Source: Anaerolineae bacterium (lineage in GTDB: Bacteria; Chloroflexota; Anaerolineae; UBA4142). From it: a stretch of 64,000 nt of DNA. The position numbers were made by a program, and so were the translations under genes. The stretch spans positions 73 to 64,072 of the forward strand of contig DAOUAL010000023.1 of assembly GCA_034433515.1 (NCBI GenBank), in the 5' to 3' direction. The notes under the pieces are model-generated. The model did no database searches. It was given only the letters and a program-made list of their open reading frames with translations, and was not told the DNA's origin. Below, piece by piece: positions 29,686-37,848 of the stretch. Every line of letters begins with the position of its first letter. Position 1 is the first letter of the stretch.

Positions 29686-30150
29686 ATGGCTGACAGCGAA
29701 AAAATTCTCGCCACTAATCGCAAAGCATATCATGATTACCATATCGAGGAAACGTACGAAGCCGGCATTGCCTTGACCGGTACCGAAATCAAATCGGTGC
29801 GGGCAGGCAGTATCAATCTGCGCGATAGTTATGCCCAAGTGAAACATGGCGAGTTGTGGTTGCTGAATGCTCACATTGCGCCCTACGAACCCGCCAGTCG
29901 TCAAAACGTTGATCCGTACCGTGATCGCAAATTGTTGATGCATCGGCGTGAAATCATGCGCTTGTTTGGTCGCGTGCAAGAAAAGGGATTGACCCTCGTG
30001 CCACTCAAGGTCTATCTCAAAAAAAACCGCGCCAAAGTGGAAATTGGTTTGGCGCGCGGCAAGAAACTGTATGACAAACGTGAAGCGATTAGCAAACGCG
30101 ATGCGGCGCGTGAGATTGCGCGCGCCGTCAAGGAACACCGCCGTTCGTGA
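29686..30150 (+). CDS. smpB: SsrA-binding protein
   Basis: 'NRKAYHDYHIEETYEAGIALTGTEIKSVR', 'RDRKLLMHRREI'. The start could instead be GTG 29677. Confidence 0.92.
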   Translation: MADSEKILATNRKAYHDYHIEETYEAGIALTGTEIKSVRAGSINLRDSYAQVKHGELWLLNAHIAPYEPASRQNVDPYRDRKLLMHRREIMRLFGRVQEKGLTLVPLKVYLKKNRAKVEIGLARGKKLYDKREAISKRDAAREIARAVKEHRRS

Positions 30151-30166
30151 ATGAACCCAGAATCAT

Positions 30167-30198
30167 TTCGCCCCGGCCATGGCCGGGGCGAATGTTTT
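30167..30198 (+). terminator. Intrinsic terminator after smpB
   Basis: 'ttcgccccggcc-at-ggccggggcgaa' followed by 'tgtttt'. Confidence 0.65.
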
Positions 30199-30213
30199 GA
30201 CAATTCAACCGGT

Positions 30214-30597
30214 CTATCCCTTGACGTAGGATAACTTTTCGCAAATCAAACCATGCTCCACCCGAAAGAAATCCACACCTCGGACGTGTCCGCGCTTGCC
30301 GGCGGCATCCACCCAAGTGTATCGCCAGCGCATAATGCATCGTTCGCCAAAACCAAATACCTCTTCAATTTCGATGCGGGCATGAGGAGATTCACGGAAG
30401 AAATCGTGCCAGAATTCAGTAATCGCTTGCTTTCCCGTGTATCGCGTGCCGTCCGGCGCCGGCGCGGTGTTTTCAAAGACACCTTCCTCACTCCAAAGTT
30501 GCATCATCCCGGCGACATTATGCTGATTGAATGCCTCGTTGAAATCCAGAACGACCCGGAGGGCTGATTCTAAACGTGACATGCGAATGGGGGTCAT
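30214..30597 (-). CDS. SnoaL-like / NTF2-fold protein
   Basis: Size of 127 aa and the pattern 'FNEAFNQHNVAGMMQLWSEEGVFE'. Confidence 0.55.
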   Translation of the reverse strand: MTPIRMSRLESALRVVLDFNEAFNQHNVAGMMQLWSEEGVFENTAPAPDGTRYTGKQAITEFWHDFFRESPHARIEIEEVFGFGERCIMRWRYTWVDAAGKRGHVRGVDFFRVEHGLICEKLSYVKG

Positions 30598-30684
30598 ACG
30601 CTTCCTCTTGATTCCAGGGATTATCTATCCTATAATCAGGATAGGCGCACTCGCGGAGAGCGTCAATCCAGAATGGCAAGCGAC

Positions 30685-30713
30685 TTGACAAATCAGCTCA
30701 ACAGAGTATAATG
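30685..30713 (+). promoter_or_regulatory. Consensus sigma70 promoter upstream of cydA
   Basis: TTGACA (30685-90), 17-nt spacer, TATAAT (30708-13). Both hexamers match consensus perfectly. Confidence 0.65.
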
Positions 30714-30744
30714 ATACAAGAATAGTATCATTAGGACTGGTGAT

Positions 30745-30803
30745 GACGCCCGTCCCAAGGTCGAGATGACACTCGACGATGGGGCGGGCGTGTTTTTATT
30801 TTT
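30745..30803 (+). terminator. Intrinsic-terminator-like hairpin inside the cydA leader (possible attenuator or sRNA 3' end)
   Basis: 'gacgcccgtccc...gtcgag-atgaca-ctcgac...ggggcgggcgt' followed by 'gtttttattttt'. The RBS 'aaggagg' and ATG 30823 follow immediately. Confidence 0.55.
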
Positions 30804-30822
30804 CCAAAAGGAGGTCTAGTCC

Positions 30823-32187
30823 ATGGATGCACTGTTACCCGCGCGTTTGCAGTTTGCCATCACCACCGTGTACCATTTTTTCTTTGTGCCATTGACACTG
30901 GGTCTTTCCATCCTCGTTGCCATTATGCAGACGGTGTACTATCGCACCGGCGATGAGCAATGGAAAAAGATGACCCAGTTCTGGGGCAAGTTATTCCTCA
31001 TCAACTTTGCGATGGGCGTGGTGACCGGCATCGTGCAAGAATTTCAGTTTGGGATGAACTGGTCCGAGTACTCACGCTTTGTGGGCGACATTTTTGGTGC
31101 GCCCCTCGCGATCGAAGCCCTGCTGGCTTTCTTTCTCGAATCCACGTTTATCGGCGTGTGGTTCTTTGGCTGGGACAAGGTGAGCCAGCGGGTTCATCTC
31201 GCGGCGATTTGGCTCGTCGCCTTTTCGTCGAACCTGTCGGCGTTGTGGATTTTGCTGGCCAACTCGTTTATGCAACAACCCGTTGGTTACGTGCTGCGCA
31301 ACAATCGCGCCGAGATGAATGATTTCTTTGCTTTGGTAACCAACCCCAACATCTTTACCCAGTATCCTCACGTTTTGTTTGGCGGCATTGTTACTGCCGG
31401 CTTCTTTGTGCTGGGGATTAGCGCGTGGCATTTGTTGCGGCAGAGCAATCCGGATTTCTTTGCGCGCTCGTTCAAAGTTGCTGCTGTGTACGCACTCATC
31501 GGCGCGATCTTTGTCGGTGTCGTGGGGCACGCGCAAGCCCAAGACACCGTGCAGACTCAACCGATGAAGATGGCGGCGGCAGAAGCGTTGTACCAAACCG
31601 AAGATCCTGCGCCACTCTCGCTTTTGACGATTGGCGATCTATCCCAGCGGCGTGAGGTCTTTTCGATTCGCGTGCCGAACTTGTTGAGTTTGCTTTCCTA
31701 CAATCAATTCACAGGAGAGGTGAAGGGCATCAACGATTTGCAAGCCGAGTATCAGAAAAAGTACGGACCTGGCGATTACATTCCCCCGGTTGCCTTTGTG
31801 TATTGGTCGTTCCGCGCAATGGTAGGTGCCGGCTTGGCGATGCTTGCGCTCGCGGCAATCGCGCTGTACTCTTCACTCAAAGATAATGTTGCCGGCAACA
31901 AACTCTTGTTGCGTGTGTTGCCATGGGCAATCCTTCTGCCGTATATCGCAAACACTGCCGGCTGGCTGATGACCGAACTGGGTCGCGTGCCGTGGATTGT
32001 GTTTGGCGTGATGCGCATCGAACAGGGTGTCTCGCCGGCTTCGGTGGTGAACAGCGTATCGGTCCTGATTACGCTTGTGTTGTTCACGCTCATCTATGGT
32101 GCGTTGATGGTGGTTACCGTTTATCTGTTGCGTCGCCATTCGACGCAAGACCCGGCAAAAGAAACGGCGCCAGTCGGCGCGTACTAA
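30823..32187 (+). CDS. cydA: Cytochrome bd ubiquinol oxidase subunit I
   Basis: 'ARLQFAITTVYHFFFVPLTLG', 'GWLMTELGRVPWIV'. Confidence 0.93.
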   Translation: MDALLPARLQFAITTVYHFFFVPLTLGLSILVAIMQTVYYRTGDEQWKKMTQFWGKLFLINFAMGVVTGIVQEFQFGMNWSEYSRFVGDIFGAPLAIEALLAFFLESTFIGVWFFGWDKVSQRVHLAAIWLVAFSSNLSALWILLANSFMQQPVGYVLRNNRAEMNDFFALVTNPNIFTQYPHVLFGGIVTAGFFVLGISAWHLLRQSNPDFFARSFKVAAVYALIGAIFVGVVGHAQAQDTVQTQPMKMAAAEALYQTEDPAPLSLLTIGDLSQRREVFSIRVPNLLSLLSYNQFTGEVKGINDLQAEYQKKYGPGDYIPPVAFVYWSFRAMVGAGLAMLALAAIALYSSLKDNVAGNKLLLRVLPWAILLPYIANTAGWLMTELGRVPWIVFGVMRIEQGVSPASVVNSVSVLITLVLFTLIYGALMVVTVYLLRRHSTQDPAKETAPVGAY

Positions 32188-32205
32188 TCGAAAAGGGAGG
32201 ACACG

Positions 32206-33216
32206 ATGGATCTCAATACGATTTGGTTCATTCTGATCACGGTCTTGTTCAGCGGATTCTTTTTGCTGGAAGGATTCGATTACGGTGTGGGGATCTTGTT
32301 GCCCTTCGTCGGCAAGGACGATGACGAACGGCGCGTGGTCATCAACACGATTGGTCCGTTCTGGGATGGCAATGAGGTGTGGTTGCTCACCGCCGGCGGC
32401 GCGATCTTTGCCGCGTTCCCACATTGGTACGCCACAATGTTCAGCGGATTCTATCTCGCGCTCGCGCTCATTTTGCTCGCGCTCATTCTGCGCGGCGTGG
32501 CGTTCGAGTTTCGGCGCAAAGACGAGCGCCCCCAGTGGCGCAATTTCTGGGATTGGATGATCTTCATCGGGAGTTTGCTCCCTGCCCTACTGTTCGGGGT
32601 TGCCTTTGGTAATCTTTTGCGCGGCGTTCCGATTGATGCCAGCAAGAATTACGTGGGCGATTTCTTTTACCTGCTCAATCCGTACGCTCTGCTCGTCGGC
32701 ATCTATGGGCTGAGTCTGATGATCTTGCATGGCGCAGTCTATCTGAGTCTGCGTAGCGAAGGTCAAGTATCGGATCGTGCGCGAAGCATTGCAACCAAAT
32801 TGTGGTTGCCGGTGGTGGTGTTGCTGGTCGTCGCCCTAGGCGCAAGTTATCTCTTCACCGATATGTACCGGAAACTCGGCGTGAATCCCGGCTTTGTGCC
32901 TATCCTCGGTGGGATGGCGTTGCTATCGGTGATCTGGTTTATTCGCAACAAGCACGATGGTTGGGCATTCTTGATGACTGCATTGACCATTGTTACAACG
33001 GTCATCACCATCTTTTTAACGCTCTACCCGCGCGTGATGATTTCATCGCTCAAACCGGAATGGAGTCTAACGATTTACAATGCTTCTTCGTCGCCCTACA
33101 CCTTGACCGTGATGACTATTATCGCGGTGATCTTTGTGCCGATTGTGCTAGCGTACCAAGCGTGGACGTACTATGTGTTTGGTAAACGGGTGAGTAAAAA
33201 GTCGCTGGTGGCGTGA
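32206..33216 (+). CDS. cydB: Cytochrome bd ubiquinol oxidase subunit II
   Basis: 'IWFILITVLFSGFFLLEGFDYGVG'. Directly follows cydA. Confidence 0.9.
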   Translation: MDLNTIWFILITVLFSGFFLLEGFDYGVGILLPFVGKDDDERRVVINTIGPFWDGNEVWLLTAGGAIFAAFPHWYATMFSGFYLALALILLALILRGVAFEFRRKDERPQWRNFWDWMIFIGSLLPALLFGVAFGNLLRGVPIDASKNYVGDFFYLLNPYALLVGIYGLSLMILHGAVYLSLRSEGQVSDRARSIATKLWLPVVVLLVVALGASYLFTDMYRKLGVNPGFVPILGGMALLSVIWFIRNKHDGWAFLMTALTIVTTVITIFLTLYPRVMISSLKPEWSLTIYNASSSPYTLTVMTIIAVIFVPIVLAYQAWTYYVFGKRVSKKSLVA

Positions 33217-33222
33217 TATAAT

Positions 33223-33250
33223 GTAGGGGCGTAGCAAACTACGCCCCTAC
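33223..33250 (+). other. Perfect 12-bp stem hairpin between cydB and cydD
   Basis: 'gtaggggcgtag-caaa-ctacgcccctac'. No clear U-tract. Confidence 0.7.
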
Positions 33251-33258
33251 GTGTATTT

Positions 33259-34986
33259 ATGAAATTCGACAAACGTTTACTGGCCCAACTGAACAACGCC
33301 CGCATCTTTTTTGTGTTCACGATTCTGTGCGGATTCGTGATGGGCATTCTGACCATCGCGCAGGCGTACACGTTGAGCCAGATCATCGCCCAAGTTTTTT
33401 TGCGACATTCCACGCTCGATAGGGTGTGGAACGCCATGCTCATCTTGCTGGGCATTATCATCGTACGCGTGATTTTGGCATGGGCAAGCGAGGTGAGCGC
33501 GTCTCAAATCGCCGCGCGCATCAAGACTGATTTGCGCGAACGTCTGGTTCAACGATTGTTCACGCTGGGTCCTGCCTACGCGCGCGGTGAACGCACCGGC
33601 GAATTGGTGAACACGCTGACCGAAGGCATCGAAGCGCTGGATGCGTATTTCAGTCAGTACCTGCCTCAACTTGTTCTTGCCGCGCTCCTTCCGCTTGCGA
33701 TCCTGCTCTTTGTCTTTCCACTCGATTGGTTGTCCGGCATCGTCTTGTTGTTCACGGGACCACTCATTCCAATTTTTATGATGCTCATTGGGAGTGCGGC
33801 AGACGCACTCACGCGCAAACAGTACTCGCAACTCAGTTTGATGAGCGCGCATTTCCTCGATGTATTGCAAGGATTGACGACGCTAAAGATCTTTGGACGC
33901 AGTCGCGAACAGATTGAGACGATTGCGCGCGTGAGCTATCAATTCCGCGATACAACATTGAGCGTTTTGCGTGTGGCGTTCCTGTCCGCCTTTGCGCTCG
34001 AAATGATTGCAACGATCAGCACGGCTATCGTGGCTGTCCAAGTGGGGTTGCGTTTGCTCTATGGTCAACTCGATTTTGAGCGTGCATTTTTTGTTTTGGT
34101 GCTTGCGCCGGATTTTTACTTGCCGTTGCGATTGCTCGGGACGCGATTTCACGCGGGAATGGCTGGCGTTGCTGCGGCGGCTCGGATTTTTGAAATCCTT
34201 GAAACAAATGACGGACGACGGAAGACGAGTGAGATGCCGTCGTCCTTGGTTGTTTGTCTTCCGTCCATTACCTTCAAAAATGTTCACTATTCCTACGATG
34301 GTACTCGCCCCGCGCTCAACGGTGTTTCTTTCACGATCGAACCCGGTCAGCGCATCGCGTTGGTGGGACACACGGGGGCTGGCAAAAGTACCATTATCCA
34401 CCTCTTGATGCGTTTTATCGAACCAACACGCGGCGAAATTTTTTGCGGCGACCTTTCATCGCGCGAGGTATCCCCAGAAGCATGGCGCACACAAATCGCG
34501 TGGGTGCCCCAGTTGCCGTACTTGTTCAACAATTCGATTGCAAACAACATTCGTCTGGCGCGCCCCGATGCGTCAATGGACGAAGTTGTGCGTGCTGCTC
34601 AACTTGCGCACGCCGATGATTTTATCCGCGCGTTACCACAGGCGTATGAAACGATCATCGGTGAGCGTGGCGCGCGGTTGAGTGGTGGACAAGCCCAACG
34701 CCTCGCCCTAGCACGTGCCTTCTTGAAAGACGCCCCGATTTTGGTTCTTGACGAGCCAACGTCGAATCTCGATGTTGAGACCGAAGAGTTGATTCAAGAC
34801 TCGCTGGAACGTTTGATGCCAGGCAAGACAACCCTGATCGTCTCGCATCGTTTGAATACCGCAATGCAAGCAGACCAGATGCTTGTTCTTGAGCAAGGTC
34901 GCATCGCCGAAGTGGGTACGCATCACGAGTTAATGCAGCAACGCGGCGTGTATCATCGTCTCGTGATGGCACGGGAGGCGCTGTGA
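33259..34986 (+). CDS. cydD: Thiol reductant ABC exporter subunit CydD
   Basis: TMD plus NBD: 'GHTGAGKST', 'LSGGQAQRLALARA', 'ILVLDEPT'. Position after cydAB. Confidence 0.8.
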   Translation: MKFDKRLLAQLNNARIFFVFTILCGFVMGILTIAQAYTLSQIIAQVFLRHSTLDRVWNAMLILLGIIIVRVILAWASEVSASQIAARIKTDLRERLVQRLFTLGPAYARGERTGELVNTLTEGIEALDAYFSQYLPQLVLAALLPLAILLFVFPLDWLSGIVLLFTGPLIPIFMMLIGSAADALTRKQYSQLSLMSAHFLDVLQGLTTLKIFGRSREQIETIARVSYQFRDTTLSVLRVAFLSAFALEMIATISTAIVAVQVGLRLLYGQLDFERAFFVLVLAPDFYLPLRLLGTRFHAGMAGVAAAARIFEILETNDGRRKTSEMPSSLVVCLPSITFKNVHYSYDGTRPALNGVSFTIEPGQRIALVGHTGAGKSTIIHLLMRFIEPTRGEIFCGDLSSREVSPEAWRTQIAWVPQLPYLFNNSIANNIRLARPDASMDEVVRAAQLAHADDFIRALPQAYETIIGERGARLSGGQAQRLALARAFLKDAPILVLDEPTSNLDVETEELIQDSLERLMPGKTTLIVSHRLNTAMQADQMLVLEQGRIAEVGTHHELMQQRGVYHRLVMAREAL

Positions 34987-34987
34987 G

Positions 34988-36757
34988 ATGAAAGCCTCAC
35001 GTTCTACGTTCTTCGCTTTACTTCGCCTTGCTGTGCCGTTCCAATGGCTCATCGCGCTGGCGGTCTTGCTGGGCGCATTCACGATCGGTAGTAGCATTGG
35101 TTTGATGGCAACGTCTGCATACATTATTGCGAGCGCGGCGTTGCATCCCTCCATCGCTGACCTTGCCGTGCCAATTGTGGGTGTGCGATTCTTTGGTATC
35201 GCGCGCGGGGTGTTTCGCTATCTCGAACGGCTCATCTCGCACTATATCAACTTTAGTTTGCTTGCCCGTCTGCGCGTTTGGTTTTACTCAACCATCGAAC
35301 CGCTTGCGCCAGCGCGTCTAAGGCAATATCGCAGCGGCGATTTATTGACGCGCATCATCAGTGACATCGAGACGCTCCAAAATTTCTACGTTCGCATCAT
35401 CGCGCCGCCGCTGATTGCTGTGGTGATTGCCATTGCTACCTCTGTCTTTCTTGCAAGTTTTTCCTCCATAATTGCATTGACCGTGCTAGGTTTTATGTTT
35501 CTCGTTGGTGTTGTCGTACCGATTCTTGTGCAACAAATCAGCGAGACGCCCAATCGCCAAATGATCGAACGGCGCGCCGAACTCAATGCGAATGTGGTGG
35601 ATAGCGTACAGGGCATTGCAGATTTGATCGCTTATGGTGGCGAACGCGCACAGTTTGAACGTATGGCTGATCTAAATCATCGTTTGATTCGCGTACAAAC
35701 GCTTTTGGCATCTATCACCGGCTTGCACAATGCGCTGGGAAATTTGTTGACTCATCTGGCAATGTGGTGTGTGCTGGTGATCGCAATTCCGCTGGTGAAT
35801 GTGGCGCGGTTCGATGGGGTATATTTGCCGGTGATTGCGTTAGCCGTGCTGGCAAGTTTTGAAGGAGTGCTTGCCCTGCCCTTGGCGTTTCAATATCTGG
35901 AAAGTAATTTGCAGGCGGCGCGGCGGTTGTTTGAGATTACAGACCACCGACCTCAGATAACAGACCACCGATCACCAAAAACTTTGGGTGCTCATCCATC
36001 AGCAATCAAGTTTGAAAATGTTTCTTTCCGTTATTCGCCCCGCGAACCGCTCGTGCTTGAGAATGTGAGTTTTGAATTGCAAACCGGCAAACGCATGGCG
36101 ATTGTAGGAGAAAGCGGTGCGGGCAAAACGACCATCGTCAATTTGCTCTTGCGCTTCTGGGATTGCACAAGTGGACACATCATCGTGGATGGACGCGAGT
36201 TGGCTGAATACACACCGGACGATGCACGAAAACTTTTCGCTGTCGTGGCGCAACCCACGCATTTGTTTAATGCGACGATTCGGGAAAATCTTTTGTTGGC
36301 GCGTCCGCAAGCCACCGAAGCCGAAATGAGGGAGGCGGCAAAGCAAGCGCAAATTCACGATTTCATTCTGTCTTTGCCGGATGGCTATAACACGCGGATT
36401 GGTGAACAAGGTTTGCGCTTGAGCGGTGGTGAACGTCAGCGTTTAGCCATTGCGCGTGCGTGGCTAAAGGATGCACCGATTCTGATTTTCGACGAGCCGA
36501 CGGCGAATCTTGATACCGTTACTGAACGTGAGGTTTTGCGCGCCATTCATCATTCCACTTTGAATCGCACGGTATTGCTGATTACGCATCGCCTTGTGGG
36601 GTTGGAGGATTTCGACGAAATCATCGTGTTGCAGGCGGGGCGCATTGTGGAACGCGGGACACCGAAGGGTCTATTGCAAGAAGAGGGATTGTATCGTAGA
36701 ATGTGGACACTTCAGAATCGAATGTTGGTTGAGAATTTACATCATGTTGTCCATTAG
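34988..36757 (+). CDS. cydC: Thiol reductant ABC exporter subunit CydC
   Basis: 'GESGAGKTT', 'LSGGERQRLAIARA', 'ILIFDEPT'. Confidence 0.8.
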   Translation: MKASRSTFFALLRLAVPFQWLIALAVLLGAFTIGSSIGLMATSAYIIASAALHPSIADLAVPIVGVRFFGIARGVFRYLERLISHYINFSLLARLRVWFYSTIEPLAPARLRQYRSGDLLTRIISDIETLQNFYVRIIAPPLIAVVIAIATSVFLASFSSIIALTVLGFMFLVGVVVPILVQQISETPNRQMIERRAELNANVVDSVQGIADLIAYGGERAQFERMADLNHRLIRVQTLLASITGLHNALGNLLTHLAMWCVLVIAIPLVNVARFDGVYLPVIALAVLASFEGVLALPLAFQYLESNLQAARRLFEITDHRPQITDHRSPKTLGAHPSAIKFENVSFRYSPREPLVLENVSFELQTGKRMAIVGESGAGKTTIVNLLLRFWDCTSGHIIVDGRELAEYTPDDARKLFAVVAQPTHLFNATIRENLLLARPQATEAEMREAAKQAQIHDFILSLPDGYNTRIGEQGLRLSGGERQRLAIARAWLKDAPILIFDEPTANLDTVTEREVLRAIHHSTLNRTVLLITHRLVGLEDFDEIIVLQAGRIVERGTPKGLLQEEGLYRRMWTLQNRMLVENLHHVVH

Positions 36758-37151
36758 TCGTGAAACTGATTATGCGTGCCGGGTGATTTTGCATCTTGCC
36801 TTGTTACCTGCCGATACCCGGGTAACAGCGCAAGAAATTGCTAAAAAGCGCATTATTCCGCGCGCGCTCGTGCGCCGCGTAATCACTCGGCTGGGCAAAG
36901 CCAAATTGATCAAGACAAGTCGTGGAAATCGCGGTGGGTTGCGCTTGGCTCGTCCGGCTGCACAAATCAGTTTACTGGATGTGGTGCAAGCGATGGAAGG
37001 GACCATCGCCCTGAATGCTTGCTTGCTCACCGAATATAAATGTCCGCTGATGAAAGACTGTACGGTCCATCTGGCATGGGAACAGATTCAGCGAACATTC
37101 CTGACCGAACTTGAACGCACCACGTTTGATCGTTTGGCACGAAGGGTATAG
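36744..37151 (+). CDS. Rrf2-family transcriptional regulator with a 3-Cys (Fe-S type) motif
   Basis: 'MLSISRETDYACRVILHLA', wHTH 'TAQEIAKKRIIPRALVRRVITRLGKAKLIKTSRGNRGG', 'CLLTEYKCPLMKDC'. Overlaps the cydC end by 14 nt. Confidence 0.85.
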   Translation: MLSISRETDYACRVILHLALLPADTRVTAQEIAKKRIIPRALVRRVITRLGKAKLIKTSRGNRGGLRLARPAAQISLLDVVQAMEGTIALNACLLTEYKCPLMKDCTVHLAWEQIQRTFLTELERTTFDRLARRV

Positions 37152-37210
37152 TTCAGTGCTGACCTTCGCCGGTTCGACACCTGTGAACTGCACCCGGCGC
37201 GAACGCACAA

Positions 37211-37238
37211 TTGACGCGTAACTCGTTCGTGATATAAT
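37211..37238 (+). promoter_or_regulatory. Putative ssrA promoter
   Basis: TTGACG, 16-nt spacer, TATAAT, ending 12 nt before the mature 5' end. Confidence 0.55.
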
Positions 37239-37250
37239 ACAGGTGCAATT

Positions 37251-37653
37251 GGGGATGCATGGCTTCGACGGGGAGGGCTGTTTCAGAGTTGCAAGCCGTG
37301 GAGTCTAGCCACGTTAAAATGGACACAAGTAAGTGCGAACACTCGCACCAACCTTGCAGCGCTGCCGGTCGCAGCGTAAGCTGTTGAGCGGATCGCTGAC
37401 AGGTTCGCAGACTAGATCTGCGACGTCCGCGCGCGTTCTCCCCCAAAGGATGCGCGTTGGGCGCCACCAAGTTGGGGTGCGACAATCGCCACGCCGGTAA
37501 CGGTTGTCAAAGACGTAGGGGGGGCCCCCGACACGGCTGAGCGTGATCACCTCTGTCGGTTGAGCCGGATCACGCGAGATTCAAAAACCGACTAGGCTTG
37601 TAGGAACTCTGGAACGAACTTTTCGGACGCGGGTTCGATTCCCGCCATCTCCA
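37251..37653 (+). ncRNA. ssrA: tmRNA (SsrA), tag ANTRTNLAALPVAA
   Basis: 5' 'ggggatgcatggcttcgacgggg' and 3' 'ggacgcgggttcgattcccgccatctcca' form the tRNA-like domain. Tag reading frame gcg(37335)...gca gcg taa(37377-79). The CCA is not encoded. Confidence 0.93.
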
Positions 37654-37656
37654 CTC

Positions 37657-37692
37657 AATCGCCTGCCAATAACTCGGCAGGCGATTCGTTTT
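37657..37692 (+). terminator. Intrinsic terminator after ssrA
   Basis: 'aatcgcctgcc-aataactc-ggcaggcgatt' followed by 'cgtttt'. Confidence 0.75.
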
Positions 37693-37770
37693 ATGCGGGG
37701 TAATCGTCTATGTCTGGTTCTATTGGCAGTTTGATCTTATGTTACTCGCATACATCCGCGCAGTTATTCT

Positions 37771-37799
37771 TTGCCGGAAACCCGGTCTGTGGGTAGAAT
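37771..37799 (+). promoter_or_regulatory. Putative promoter of the sensor-TIR operon
   Basis: TTGCCG, 17-nt spacer, TAGAAT, about 50 nt upstream of ATG 37849. Confidence 0.45.
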
Positions 37800-37848
37800 G
37801 GTCAAGGGTGATTAGCATGATTCAAATTTTAGGCGACGAATAGAATAT

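Noticed and set aside
37153-37550. 110-aa and 78-aa minus-strand ORFs
   Set aside because: They overlap tmRNA, whose tRNA-like ends and tag frame are unambiguous.
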